Source: the human T2T-CHM13v2.0 reference genome, Homo sapiens
Assembly (NCBI RefSeq): GCF_009914755.1
Contig: NC_060929.1
Length of the DNA stretch: 64,000 nucleotides
Reading direction: 5' to 3' (one strand)
This document shows, in pieces, positions 1 through 18,436 of this stretch (positions are counted from its first letter, which is position 1; each line of letters opens with the position of its first letter). The translations under genes were made by a program, and so were the position numbers. The notes beneath the pieces are model-generated. The model made no database searches. It was given only the letters and a program-made list of their open reading frames with translations, and was not told the DNA's origin.

Positions 1-692
1 TGTTTAGCACTATCTCTAAAATTAATTTATAAGATTTAGTTGACATAAATGATGACTGAAGTCTTGGCACAGTTTCATTTTAGACTTTAGAATTGGACAA
101 TCAATTTTTTAAATGGATATAATTTTATCAAATATATTAACCACAAACATGAATTTATGTGTGTATCATTTTGACTCTTTTGAAGTTACTATTTTCAGTA
201 ACTCAGGCACATACACATTCTTATCTACATATTCATGATATATCATATTATATGCCAATATATATATAATATGCACACAAAAATCTATGTGAATATATAT
301 GATGAACTATAAACCCAGTGCAGTAAGAGTCTTTATTTTAGAGATAAAATAGGGGTAAGCCTTTATTGTCTTACTGTCTTAAAATGAATTTAACTGATAC
401 ATTGAAATAAAATTAGAAGTAATATTTTAAAAGTTATATGCATCTTATTTTCATTTATTGAGCTAAATCTGAAATGATTTTCATTTCTTGAGTTAAATTT
501 CGGGTGTCTTTTGAAAATAAGATTTACTAATAACAGATAGCCAACCTTTCACAGTGCACTGTATGAGTTCCAATATGAAGGAATACCTTAAGAATCTTTT
601 AACTTAGTAAATGAGTAAAATTCAACATTATGAAAAGTGCACCAGCTTCTGAGTTCCAATATGAGGTGGTAGCTCTTAGGCAAACAAGAAAA

Positions 693-909
693 GGACACAG
701 AGAGGGGAACATCACACACTGAGGCCTGTCAGGAGGTCAGGGGCAAGGGAGGGAGAGCATTAGGACAGACATCTAATTCATGCAGGGCTTAAAACCTAGA
801 TGATGGGTTGATGGGTGCAGCAAACCACCATGGCACATGTATACCTATGTACCAAACCTGCACGTTCTGCACATGTATCATAAAACTTAAAGTACAATAA
901 TAAAAAAAA
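693..909 (+). mobile_element. L1PA7/8-like 3' UTR fragment (5'-truncated LINE-1)
   Basis: GGACACAGAGAGGGGAACATCACACAC...GGGCTTAAAACCTAGATGATGGGTTGATGGGTGCAGCAAACCACCATGGCACATGTATACC...AACTTAAAGTA plus A-tail; approximate TSD AAGAAA(A)GGA at 686-695 and 912-920. Confidence 0.9.
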
Positions 910-2239
910 GGAAGAAAGGATGATCTGGGACATGAAAGTTGAAAAAAAAAGAAAAATTTGTTATTCCTTGAATAACATTACATTTTAAAAACAGTAAACC
1001 TAAGAATCTACTCACATTTAATTTTTTAGTGAACTCAATCATGTTATGAAAATGAAACGGGTGCTTTTCTTAGGTGTAAACAGTAAAGCTGTACTTTACT
1101 TAGCGGTAAAGAGAAGAGGTATATTTAAAATTAGTTTTGAGTCATGGTAGTTGAATATTGGGGTCTATATTAGAAGACTATAATCAGTGTCAGGAGATTT
1201 CGAATAAGGCTTAAAAAATATTTCTAAAATAAGAAGCTTAAATCATTTTTTATCCCTTAATATCAATAATTAAGAAGTTTGCCCAAACTCATTTATGTTG
1301 TAGAGTAACTGAAAAGTATTGGTTAAAATCATTTTCAATGTGTGACTTCCATCAAAGTCATAGAAAACTATACATATCAGATTCCTGGGGCAGTAGATGA
1401 AGGCAAGAGAGTTAATAGAAACTGTTTGAAGACACTGAAGTGCAATCTGAAGGTAGAAAAAACCTCTACGACTAGTTCTTTGCCCAATTGGTGATTTAAT
1501 TGGTGACAGAGTAGTGTCCTGCATAGCAAATATTTTAAAGTTACCCTATTTCTGATGAAATATGGAGAACTATTAAAGGGTTTTTTTTTCAGATCTTTAC
1601 TATGACAACTATTGTTGGAATTGCATAAAAAGTTTAAACCAAATCAATTTCTTTTATTCATTATTTTCATAATTTAGATTGAGGTTGGAATGTATAATTC
1701 AATTATATAGTTAATTGATGCCATGTAGACATGGATTAACCAAGCTTTAAGTGTTCTGAGATTGAATTATTTCAAAAAGTATTCATTGTACTTTCTGACT
1801 GGAATTTGAATTATTCCCTTCAGCCAGTAAAGTATAAGCAGTATCTTCGGACAACAACAGGGCATTAAAGAAAGAGTTCTGAGGATGGCCAATAAAAGAA
1901 ATCTCATTATCTTTAATCTGAATATGAATCAAACTTTAAAGTGTGGAAAAATAAATACAAATCAGTTAATAAAACATCCATAAGATACGTGTTTCAAGCT
2001 CAATATGTCTTGTACTAGTATTATATGTTATGTAATACATGAGTTGCCGTAAATGAATACTGATGTCAAAATCAGCAATAGCATGTCTACTTTTAAAAAC
2101 TCATCCCCTTGATGAAAGATTTATAACTTGAAATGTACCATGTATGTGATGTGAAAGAATGGTTCACTCATGTTGAGCAGAAATAATCATTCACTTTGCA
2201 AATGAACGTTAACACTTGAAAAATAATAGTTATGTTTAT

Positions 2240-2675
<436 letters not shown>

Positions 2676-3155
2676 CAAGACCCTATGCTCTGTCATCCTT
2701 AACATTTTGTGCCGCCTGTGGCAGTAGCAAAGTAGCCCCAATAACTACAAATTAGATAATAAACTTTGAAGCCTGCTTCCCAACCACAGCCATCACGTCT
2801 TGCCAGATAGCTCTGCCAAGGTTGGCTCTGCTTCCCTATAGCAACTGGTATTTCTCTGCCACGAATGCTCTCAATGGCAGACAAACTGGCTCCAGCTCAG
2901 CTAGTGTCTCTGCTGTCACCAACCACTCGGGGCTAATACAAGACACTTCATCAACCTCTTCTAGAGTGGACTTGGGCCCTGAGGACCCTGGCTTGTTTGG
3001 TAGAAATCTTTCATCACTGAACATGATCTGAGAAGGTAGGGTGGCTAGGACAGGTCACTCTGCCCAGAGATATCTTCTCTGAGACCCATAGTGCTACTCT
3101 ATCTTGGCTGGTGCTTTTTGTGACAGACGTATGTTCTGATTAAAAAAAAACAACA

Positions 3156-3495
<340 letters not shown>

Positions 3496-4992
3496 TCAAC
3501 TAAGCTTGCTGCAATGTGGGAAGCCCTCTCTTATCCTGGACATAAGTGAGCAGCATGCAAGTATAGAGCTGGATATGAAAACTTAGAGGAATGACCTTGT
3601 GGAAAAAGGCTGATCTTTCTTGTAAGGGTTGGCATGTGGCAGACTGAACACCATATTCTGGAAACAGGGACATTCGACTTATACCTGAATGAGAAGAAAG
3701 GCTTTTATTGATTTAACTGCCAAATGGGAAATGATGAAACACTACAATATTTCTTAATAAGAGAAGATGTTTTACATATTGTAGCTAAAAACAAAATAAA
3801 TTATCATAGAAATCAGTAATGCAAAAATCCAAGTTGCTTCTTATTTAATTGAATAAAGCATAGTCATAAGGCCAACGAAAATGCTGGTGTGACATTTAAG
3901 ATCTGAGGTTTGTTGATTTTGCCAACATTTTACATTCTCTTGAAGATTTGTTGGCTCTACCACCTGGCCTAAGTACTGAGCCTCTGTCAGCCAAAAGGAT
4001 GGGAAAATGAATCAAATAAATGAGACAACATAGACAGTGTTCAAATGAGTATCTAACTCTCCCTCCTTGTGAAATGCTGAGTTACACAAATGACAAGATA
4101 CAAATCACCTAAATCTGCTGAAAGAGGAATAGGAGAGTGTAAGGCATTTTAGAATTTTCCCAGCCCTCCCTTTTTTTTTTAACTCAGATTTTGACACTTG
4201 AAGGATACATTAATGTTATCTAAATATCCGCTTATGTAGAATATATAAATGCTTTCTTAACCGTGATATACATATTAATTATTACCCAATGATCTCTAAA
4301 TTCTTTCTAGCTTTGATTTTAATATACACAATTCTAGATGGATTATGTCACATTTAGTCTACCCTCTAGGTATGCAATTTTCTGTCCTACTTCTGAAGAA
4401 TAAATAATTTTGCTTTCCACAGAGCAGAGGGGAAGGTAGCTATGGAGGTCATTTTTTAAAGAGACCAAAATAAATGAAAATAGCTACAAAATAAATCTTC
4501 AAATATCATTCAAATCTCTTTGGATGAATTCACAAGGTCTTTGAATAAATTCTCAAGGATATTAAACAGTAAAAGTTACAGAGAAATATATCTAAATAAC
4601 TTCCACTTCAATGTTCCCAATGTCTGTTATTTAAAATAGCAGGCAAAACATACATATATAAATGTAACATATATTATATCCATAATTATAGATAAATATT
4701 TACTCATTTTCCATACATATCATTATTTTTCTATACTGAAACATTCATATGCTTTTACCACTCAAAAATTTTGGCATCCTAACTAAAGCCTAGAAACATC
4801 TTCAAAGTAGTATCAATTGAATAAGAAGTATAACTAGAGTTTATTGAAGGTTTTAGGATCCACAGCTATTATGAATAGCTTCATATATTACTTTTGGTAG
4901 TCTTTACATACCAAGTTAGTAACAATTAATGCTGTGATAAAATTATTTGTGGTCATTTCTGATGTCATAAAAATGTAGTTAGAAAATTACTG

Positions 4993-8705
<3,713 letters not shown>

Positions 8706-8805
8706 TATTTGTCACACAGAATAATTGTCCATCTTCTAGAAATGTTTGATAATAATGTAACATGGAAAATGAAAAACAAATAATTCCTGGAGGAACATCT
8801 GTGAG

Positions 8806-8824
8806 ATATATATATATATATATA

Positions 8825-8874
<50 letters not shown>

Positions 8875-9002
8875 ACACATATATATAGCATTTACATATA
8901 TATACACACACAGCATTTATGTATATATCACATATATCACATTTATATGTATCACATTTATATATAGTGAAAAAATATTATATATGTGATATATACACAT
9001 GT
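8806..9002. repeat. compound (TA)n/(CA)n microsatellite and low-complexity tract
   Basis: Directly visible. Confidence 0.95.
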
Positions 9003-9004
9003 GC

Positions 9005-9490
9005 CACACAAATAAATACTATTTAGACTTAACAAATGAGGAAATATACTCAGTTGCAACAACATGGATGAATTTTGAAGGCATTTTGATAACTGACATA
9101 AAAACAGAAAGGCAAATACTGATTTTCACTTATATGTGGAATCTGAAAAATCAAACTCATAGGAGTAGAGGGTAGAATTGTGGTTGCTGGGAGCTGAAGG
9201 AAGGCAAGGAGGAAAGAGAAATTTTTGTTAAAAGGTAAAAAGTTTCAGCTAGACAGAAGGAATAATAGATCCAGAGATCTATTGTATAGTATGGTGATGA
9301 TAAATGATAATATTGTACTGTATACTTGAAAATTCTGACAATAGATCTTTAATGTTTTTACCACAGGAGAAAGAAAACATAACTCTGCAAGGCGATGGAT
9401 ATCTTAATTAGCTTGATTTAATCATTTCACAATGTATGTGTATATTAAAACATCACATTTTGTACCACCAATACCTTCAATTTTAATAGA
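9005..9490 (+). mobile_element. old L1MA-type 3' UTR
   Basis: GCAACAACATGGATGAA...CACTTATATGTGGAATCT...CATTTCACAATGTAT. Confidence 0.8.
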
Positions 9491-9831
9491 TTTTGGGAAA
9501 ATTATATAAATGGAATTGTTGGTGATGCACACATAAATCATAATCAGGTTTACAGACATTTCAATATCCATTATTCAAAATAAAAGCAGCTGTCAATTTT
9601 TAAAATAAACTTAGTTACTGACTACATTTTTTATTGGTAATCAAACTGATGTTCATGCTGATGTTGAGTGCAAAAAAAGATTTTTCAAATAAAAACCTCG
9701 ATGTGACAGAGTATAAAAATATTCTCTCTTTGCCCCATCAAACAGATTTTGATAGAACTTTGAAGAACTGCAGAATTTATCTTTTAAAAAGATGATACGA
9801 GAAAAAAGTAGTAATGAGCATGAAAAACCTT

Positions 9832-10372
9832 ATGTATTTATTAACTGCTGTATAAAATACTACCACAAAACTTAGGCTATCACAGCAATATACATTAATT
9901 ATCTCAGTTTCTTTAGGTCAGAGGTCTAGGCACAAATTAATTAGGTCCTCTCTCAAGGCTACAGTCAGGATGTTATCCAGGTCTGTGGTCTCATCTGAAG
10001 ACTGAGGATGGAGTATTTCTAAGATCACATGCTTTTTGGCACAATTCAGCTTCTTGAGAAATACTGGTGCAAGGGTACCAGTTTCTACCTGCTGTTAGCT
10101 GAAGGACACCATCAATTTCCTGCCATGTGGGCTCTTACAGCATGGCAGCTTGCTTCATCAAAGCATGAAAGCAAACTAGGAAATAGAGTCTGTTAGCATG
10201 TGCAAGTTACACTTAACCTATTCATGGAAATTACATTCCAAAAGTTTTGTCATATTCTGTTGTTTAGAAACAAGTCTACACCATCCCATACTCACAGGAA
10301 GAGGATTCAACAAGTGTCTGAATACCAGAAAGTGGGGATTATTGAGAGACAATTTAGAGCCACCCTGCCACA
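9832..10372 (-). mobile_element. MLT1 (MLT1F/G-like) MaLR solo LTR
   Basis: TACCACAAAACTTAG...GGTCTCATCTGAAG...TGCCATGTGGGC...CATGGCAGCTTGCTTCATCAAAGC...CTGCCACA terminus. Confidence 0.75.
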
Positions 10373-11389
10373 ACTTAGCCACATTGTATTTAAGGATTTG
10401 CTTCAATAATGAGAAACAAAAATGAAAGAAGGGATTTTTAAAAAATGAAAAAAGACCAGGAAAAGGGAAAGAAGCCAGGGAAGAATAGGAAGATGAGATG
10501 AAAGAATAAAGGCAAAAGAGAAAAAAAGGGAAGAAGAAATGAAAAAAAAAAAAAGCATTGAGCAAAGTACAATTAAGTGTGTGTAAAGAATATAAAATGA
10601 AACATCACATTTTTAAAGTCTATTATTGAGGCTAAAATAACATGCATTGAGAAAGAAGTTATTTATCTTACAAATTCATGGAATAAAACAATCAAAAAAT
10701 TAATTAGTCTTTACTCAAAGTGGGATAGGGAGTGAGGACTATTTTTAAGTGGGTAAGAATTTCTCTACTTAATGGTGAAGAAAGATGTATATTTTCTACC
10801 CATCACTTCATTATTTAAAACATTTTAAAATAAATTGTTTTTCCTTAAAATAAATCTTGAGTCATGGTTAAAGACGTAACAACTTTCTCCAAGACATAAA
10901 AAATAAGTTAAGATTTGTGAACCGTGCATATTTGCTCTTAGTTCCCAGCTAAATTTCAGAATTTTATGTATATGAGTGTCTAGACATGGATAGACATGGA
11001 TATTTATCATATTTTAACTACATGGTTCTCTGTAAATAATTGATTGATTCAGCATTTAAAAATGCTATGCTGAGCCTCATTTCCTTATGTAAAAGTGTGA
11101 AAAATCAATAATTATTTCATAGTATCATGAGAATTAAAAATAAACTTGGTTAGAACTTTGCTGAACACTCAGGTGGTATCCACTAAATAACTGCTGAATG
11201 AAAGAATTCGTGTTATATGGCATTATACAAACCCTATATCTAACTAAGTTAGAGTAAAAATCTGGTTTTAGAAATTTTAGTCTTCATATCTAAGTCAACT
11301 TTCAGTTCTGAAAGATATCATTTTGCTCTAACTTGTTTTATTTTCTTTTATTATATGCTGGAAACTTTGGAAAGTGTATTAAAAAATGG

Positions 11390-11510
11390 TTAGTTCCTTC
11401 ATTTATTCAAAAAGTATTTACTGAGAGCCCCGTGTATCAGGCATTCTTACTTCTGAGGATGAGGCACTAAAGAAAGTGAACTCCCTGCTTCATGGAAATG
11501 GCATTCATTT
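11390..11510 (-). mobile_element. L2 3' end relic
   Basis: TTCATTTATTCAAAAAGTATTTACTGAG...GTATCAGGCA. Confidence 0.55.
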
Positions 11511-13014
11511 ACATGTAGAGGCATGTATAAGATAAATGCATATATATCTTTCTTGAAATTATTTTTATAATTTATCTTTATAATTATTTTTATCAATTAT
11601 TCCATATAATTCATAAGTGGTCTTACACGGTATTGACAATATAAATACTCTTAGTTTGAGTTTTAATATACTTTGATAGTAACTTATTTCTTATTGCCTC
11701 AGAGATTTGTTACAGCATTTCATCTCATGCATTATTTCCCAATTTCTGCAGATTCAAAATGTCTTATATGTAGTATTCTGGCAGAAACAATGCAGACAGA
11801 AATTGAATCAAAAATATAATTCTCATAAAGGCAAGTCACACAAAGCATAAAGAGAATAAATGTCATGCTAGCAATTTTTGCAATAATTTTCTCTCTTCAA
11901 TTAATCAGACACTCAATTGGCTCGAAAAAATATATATCATCTAGGACAAGTCATCCATCTTGGTTGGCACCTAAAGTAGATGGGCCATCCTTTACTTTAT
12001 AGCACTTCAACTACATAAACCTAAAAGATAAAATGAAATTCTAGACACACAAGGTTAAAGGACAGCAGAGTCGGGTTTCATCTTCTGCAATATTGTTAAA
12101 TGGTCAAGGTGAGGAACAAAAGTAATATCCATTTTTTTGTGTGTGAAATACAACACAATGTGAACCAGAATGTCAAGAATGATGAATATCACAGAAATCC
12201 TCTCATACAGAAAGGAGTTTATCTGCACAGCATTTTCAGCAAATAAATCACAGTTTCATTCTTTCTTTCCTTTTTTTTTTTTTAACTTCACTTAGACCAA
12301 GCAGTGAGTCAATAACTTGCAGTCAGGGTTAACTCAAAAATTTAGACTGATATAGCCACTTATTTGACTGAATATGGTCATTTTTAATAAAAAAAGACAT
12401 TTTGTATCATGTTAAGCAAAATCATTGTTTATATATGTGTTGAATTTGGTAATACTGAGACATTTATGAAGTAATGCAGTTTGTACTGGATGCTTTGCCT
12501 TCCTGTCTCTGAGTTACAAAGTCCCTATATGCATCTTTAGACATTAAAGATAGGAAATATACCACTGTTTCCATAACCAGGTGGGGTATCCAGGGAGAAT
12601 CGGAAAGTTGAACAAATGTTCCAATGGAGGAGGCCTTGAACTGGGCATTGAGATTATCATTCGAGTCACTATGTAAATACAGATCACAGAAACAAATGAA
12701 GCTGGTTGACCGTAAGAGAATAGAGAAGTAGAGGACAGACAGCAACATACATAAGACACAACAAACTTTGTTATGGTTATGCTGCTAATGCTTTGTAAGA
12801 AGAGTCTCCTTTTGCCATTTACGTCTGATTGTTTTGGTTTCTTTTACCTACAGAGAGGAATGCGAAATAATATTAGCTTTTATTAAATTCCACTAGGTAA
12901 CTTGATACTATATTTGTTAAGGTAGCTCAGAAAGAAGTTTAAATTTGATAATATAAATGTCAATTTATATTACCAAATATAAATTTTATAGTACAGTTAA
13001 AAATATAAAATTAA

Positions 13015-13330
<316 letters not shown>

Positions 13331-14299
13331 ATGTATAACAATATTTCATATAAAGCACAAAATAAAATATATAATATAAAAATCAATTAGATGTAATATA
13401 AATTTAAGTTTCAGATTTCTTTTAATGGAATATTCTGAAAAAGACTGTTATCAAGATGATGCTTACTAACAGGTTTCTAGAGAAGGGTGTCCATTTCCTT
13501 TTCTAAGATATGGCTATTCCGTATGTGCAAGCTCTGTAGTTTAGCACACATTTGAATTGTTTATGGAACATTCCACCCAGTCAATCAAATAAATCCTGAA
13601 TGGTGCATAGAGCATTATGTGTAAGATCTACTTAATTATGACCCTCTGCTGCCCTTAAATATAATGTCATATTTTAAAGTCTAGGATGAGACCACCTTCT
13701 TGGATTCCATGATTAAAATGTCTAATTGTTAGGTCAGAGCCAGACCCATTCTCTGGCTCTTTCAGAAGATATGGAAATATGTCTCCTTACATCTTCTATC
13801 TGAACCTTACTTATCTTCACTTGAAGATAGAGAACATGAGCAAAAATATACACTTATTGGAGTAACAAAAGCTATCTGGGGTAAATATGACCAATTTATG
13901 TAATTTATATTTAAATATGAATGTACATCTAAAACATGAATGTTAATAGCATTACATATCTATATACATGCGTATACAGTTTGCCAGATGCTGCTTCAAA
14001 ACATTGTCATCATACCTTGTTTGCAGAAACATAATGTTTATGTTTCTACATATGTGTGTGTATGTACCTATATGTGTGCATGTCCGTATCTGATCTATTT
14101 TCTATTTTATCTTTATTATTAAAGTTAGCAATGACAGATCTATATTTTTGGAAGACAGAAGAAGAATAAGTTAGTGACTAATCTATGTGAGCTGCCTTTT
14201 AGTGCAGAATTCGTGTCTCTGAGTAAGTTGCTGAGATGTATAGACAAGAGGTATATGCTGAGATTTAAAGTCTGGGATGTACAGTGGTGGACCAAATTG

Positions 14300-15100
14300 T
14301 CTACATTGCTAGTCCTTAGAAGACAGTAGTCATTTTTTCCTGAAAGAAATTAAACAAGTATGTAAACATAATGTCTGGTATTAATAGACTTTGAATTTAA
14401 AATTTCTTTAACTGAAGAAAATATAATAACAACTTAAATCTAAATTCATAGCGTGCAGAGTGGGTAGAGAGAAATAGTGTTAATACTGAGGAAATATAAA
14501 AATGAAAACTGTATTCTTAGTTATGAAGAAGGCTAAGGCGAAAGGATTGCTTGAGCACAGAAGTTTGAAACCAGCCTGGCCTACATAGCAAGACTCCATC
14601 TATAAAACAAAAAGGAATAAAATGTAATATAAATAAGCTAAGAGACTTGTATCATAAAGCAGACATAACCCCTGGAAAGCAATTCCAGAGGATAAAGGAA
14701 TAAAGAAAGGGAAAAACAAACAACAGAAGCATTTTCTTTGAGCCTTGAGATTTAAAGTGCTTATCAAGTCCCAGAGAGGATTGATGAAAAATGACAAACA
14801 AGTCGTAATACCCTGATACAAATCTTTAATTCAAAATAGATAAAATCTTATAATCTTTAGAATAGAAAAAAATTCCAAAAAAGTAAAGAAATACTGCCAA
14901 TCCTGGAAATTCTCATCTACAAACTGGAAATTGAAGGGCAACTGAATAAAATTAATGGATTATGGAGAGAAGTCATCTGTTCATCAAGAATGCCATATAC
15001 AGCCAATTGTTATAATTCTAGTTTAACATAAAAGGAAGATAGCATAAAATGTGAAAAGTCAAAGCTGTATCTTCCATGAATATTGTCTTTGGACAATACT
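14300..15100 (+). mobile_element. probable HAL1 or very old L1 ORF1-like relic
   Basis: A-rich degenerate sequence resembling L1 ORF1 (CTTATCAAGTCCCAGAGAGGATTGATGAAAA...ATAAAATCTTATAATC); recognised by eye only. Confidence 0.35.
14528..14612 (+). mobile_element. FLAM/AluJ left-monomer fragment
   Basis: GGATTGCTTGAGCACAGAAGTTTGAAACCAGCCTGGCCTACATAGCAAGACTCCATCT. Confidence 0.8.
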
Positions 15101-18100
15101 AGAATAAAACCAGGAATCTTCAGCAATAGTCCTTCCACAGAAACATCAATTTGAACAACTATCTACAAAAAAGAATACTTTCCAAAGAGATAAGAAATCC
15201 AAGTGGGAGATCACAGTACCTGGTTGTAGCACAATAATGAAAAATATGCATTGAAGAAGGAAGGTAGGAAGAATATTCTTAGATTACCTGCATCACTCTC
15301 TCCTGACCCCAGGCAGCACAGCACAAGAGAGAAACGGTCTTCTTGGGGGAAAGAGAGGGAAGTGATCAAAGGACTTTGCCTTTGAAAACTCAGCACTGAG
15401 CACATTATCATGCCCCATATTCTAGTCCAGTACCTGAGGAATGAATCACTAGACATGTCCTGGAGCCAGGCAAGACCACAGAGTCCCAGGCTTCAGGTAT
15501 GCATGGAGGATTCAATCATAAGCCCACATCAGTGTTAGGCCAGCTTCAGGGAATTTGAGCCCTTGACAGCACTCAGTGGCAGGCAGTGAGCGCTACAATG
15601 AGCCCCAGGTATCTGGAGCATCCCAGTGCCACAACTGCTACATTGAGCCCTGGGCTTTTGAAAACACCATGCTGGCCAGCCACGTCTATCGTAGGGTGCT
15701 TTTGTACCCCAGTGCCATGCCTGCTACAAAGCTTTCTCAGTCAAAGCCAGTCTGCAAAGATTAAAATAAATACTTACTAATTCAAATGTGCAGACATCTA
15801 CACATTACCATAAAGTTAATGATCAATCAGGAAAAGATGGTATTATCAAATGGACAAAATGAGGGGTCAGTGACTGACCCCAAAACATCGAGATGGATTG
15901 ATTGACTTTCTCACAAAAAAAATTGAAAATTATTCTAAGGACACTCAGCAAAGTTCAAAAAAATACAGGAGAGCCATTCAATGGAATGAGGAAAATGATA
16001 AATGACCAAAACGAGATATTTAATAGAGGGATTAGAATGACAAAGGAACAAAAAATCAAAGAGATGTCCTGAAGTGAAAAATATAATGAATGAAACCAAA
16101 AATGCAATAGCGGATCAACAGCAGAATTGTTCAAACAGGAGAGAGAATCTGTGAACCCAAAAACAGATTATTTGAAAATAGTCAGAGAAGAACAAAGAAA
16201 AAGGAGTGAAAATGAGTCAAGAAAGTTTATAGAATTTATGGGACAGCACCAAAAGAGCAAATGATTGAGTCATAGGGGTCATTAAAACTGATACTATAGA
16301 AATACAAAGGATCATGAGAGATTGTTATGAACAATTAGACACAAACTAATTGGAAAAATAACTTAATACATGCAACCTACCAAGACTGAGTTATGAAGAA
16401 ACAGAAATTCTTAACAGGCCAATAATGAGTAAGGAAACTAAAGCGGTAATAAAAAGTCCCCCATCCAAGAAAAGCCCAGGAGTTGATGTCTTCAACGATG
16501 ACTTCTATTAAACATTTAAAGAAGATCTAATACCAGTTCTTCTCAATCTCTTCCGAAAAATTGAAGAGGAGAGAACAAATTGAACAGTATATTTTACAAA
16601 TAATTTATGATGATCACGTGGGATTTATTCCAGGGATGCGAGGATGATTCGGCATACATAAATCAATAGATGTGATACATCAAATTAATAGAACTAAGAA
16701 CAAAAGCCATATGATTATTTCAATAGGAGCAGAAAAAGCATTTGACAAAATTCAACATCCTTTCATTATAAAAACACTCAGCAAATTAGATATAAAATAA
16801 ATGTGTCTCAACATAATAAAGACTGTATATGACAAACCCACAGCTAATATCATACTCAACCTAAAAGTGTCTTCTCTGAGATATAAAAAATGAAAAGAAT
16901 GCCAACTCTTGCCATTTCTATTCATTATAGTACACTGGAGGTCCTTACCAGAGCAATTATGCAAGAGAAAGAAATAAAATGCATCCAAATTACAAAGGAA
17001 GAAGTTAAATCATGTCTGTTTGTTGATGACATAATTTTATATGTAGAAAACTAAAGACTCCACTAAAGTGCTGTTAGAATTAGTATTTCCGTAAAGTTGC
17101 AGAATATAAAATCAACAGATAAAAATCAGTAATGTTTGTATGCACAAATTGCAAACAACCTGAAAAAGAAAGCAAGAAACCAATCCTATTTACACTAGCT
17201 ATAAAAACATGAAATAATTGAATTTAATAAAGGAGGTAAAAGATCTCTACACTGAAAACTACAAAACACTGATTAAATAGACTGAAGAAGACATAAATGC
17301 ATGAAATAACAAATGTCTTGTGTTCATGGATTGGATTAATTAATATTGTTTAAATGCCTGTACTCTCCAAAGTGATCTACAAATTTAATGCAATTCCTAT
17401 TAAAATACCAATGATATTCTTCACAGAAAGAGAAAAGATCATCCTAAAATTTGTATGAAATCATAAAAGACCCCAAATAGCTGAAGAAATTTTAAGCAAA
17501 AAGAACAAAGCTAGAGGCATTATACCACCTGACTTCAAAATAAACTACAAAGCTACTGTTGTAAACAAAACAGCATGGTACTGGCATAAAAAGAGACTCA
17601 AAAACTAATGGAAAATAACAGAGAGCTCAGAAATAAGTCCATGCATTTACAGCCAACTGATTTTCAACAAAGAAGCCAATAATACACTATGGGGACAATC
17701 TCTCAATAAATGATTCTGGCAGCACTAGATATCTGCATTTAGAAGAATGAAATTAAACCCTTATCTCATACTGTATGCAAAAGCCAACTCAACAGGGATT
17801 AAAGAATTAATTACAAGACCTAAAACTATGAAACCACTAGAAGAAAATATAGGGGGTAACCTCTATGACAATGACATTGATCTGGGCAACACTTTTTTTT
17901 GGTTGTTGCTTTTTGGGGTTTTTGGTTTTTGTTTTTTTTTTTTTTTTGCTTATGGCTCCAAGAAAAGCAAAAATAGACAAATGGGATTACATAAAACTTA
18001 AAAGCTTCTGCACAGCAAAGGAAACAATCAACAGAGTAAAGGACAATCTAGAGAATTGGACAAAGTATCTGCAAATTACGCATCTGATAAAGAGTTGAAA

Positions 18101-18436
18101 TCCAAAACAAATGAGGAACTGAACTCAATAGCACAAACAAAACAAAACAAACAAACAAAACAAATTGCCCCAATTCAAAATTGGACAAAGGACCTGAAAG
18201 ATGCTTCTCAAACACACACACACACACACACAAACACAAATGACCAATAGGTAAATAAAACTTGCTTAACACCATTAATCATCAGGAGACATCATACCTG
18301 TTACTGTGGCTATTATCAAAAAGACAAAAAATTACAAGTGTTGCTGAGGATGTAGAAAAACAAGAATCCTAATGCACTGTTGGTGGGAATGTAAATTAGT
18401 ACAGACACTATGGAAAACAGTATGAAGTTTCCTCAA

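Noticed and set aside
1270-1524. 84-aa minus ORF and an open 72-nt plus-strand pseudo-exon (1381-1452, IPGAVDEGKRVNRNCLKTLKCNLK)
   Set aside because: No recognisable homology; the acceptor lacks a pyrimidine tract and the donor GTAGAA is weak
8920-8997. Perfect 18-bp inverted repeat TGTATATATCACATATAT
   Set aside because: Lies within self-complementary (TA)-rich low-complexity sequence where such matches are expected
10981-11002. Tiny tandem duplications (TAGACATGGA twice; also 19598-19623 and 34779-34800)
   Set aside because: Ordinary slippage events with no further structure
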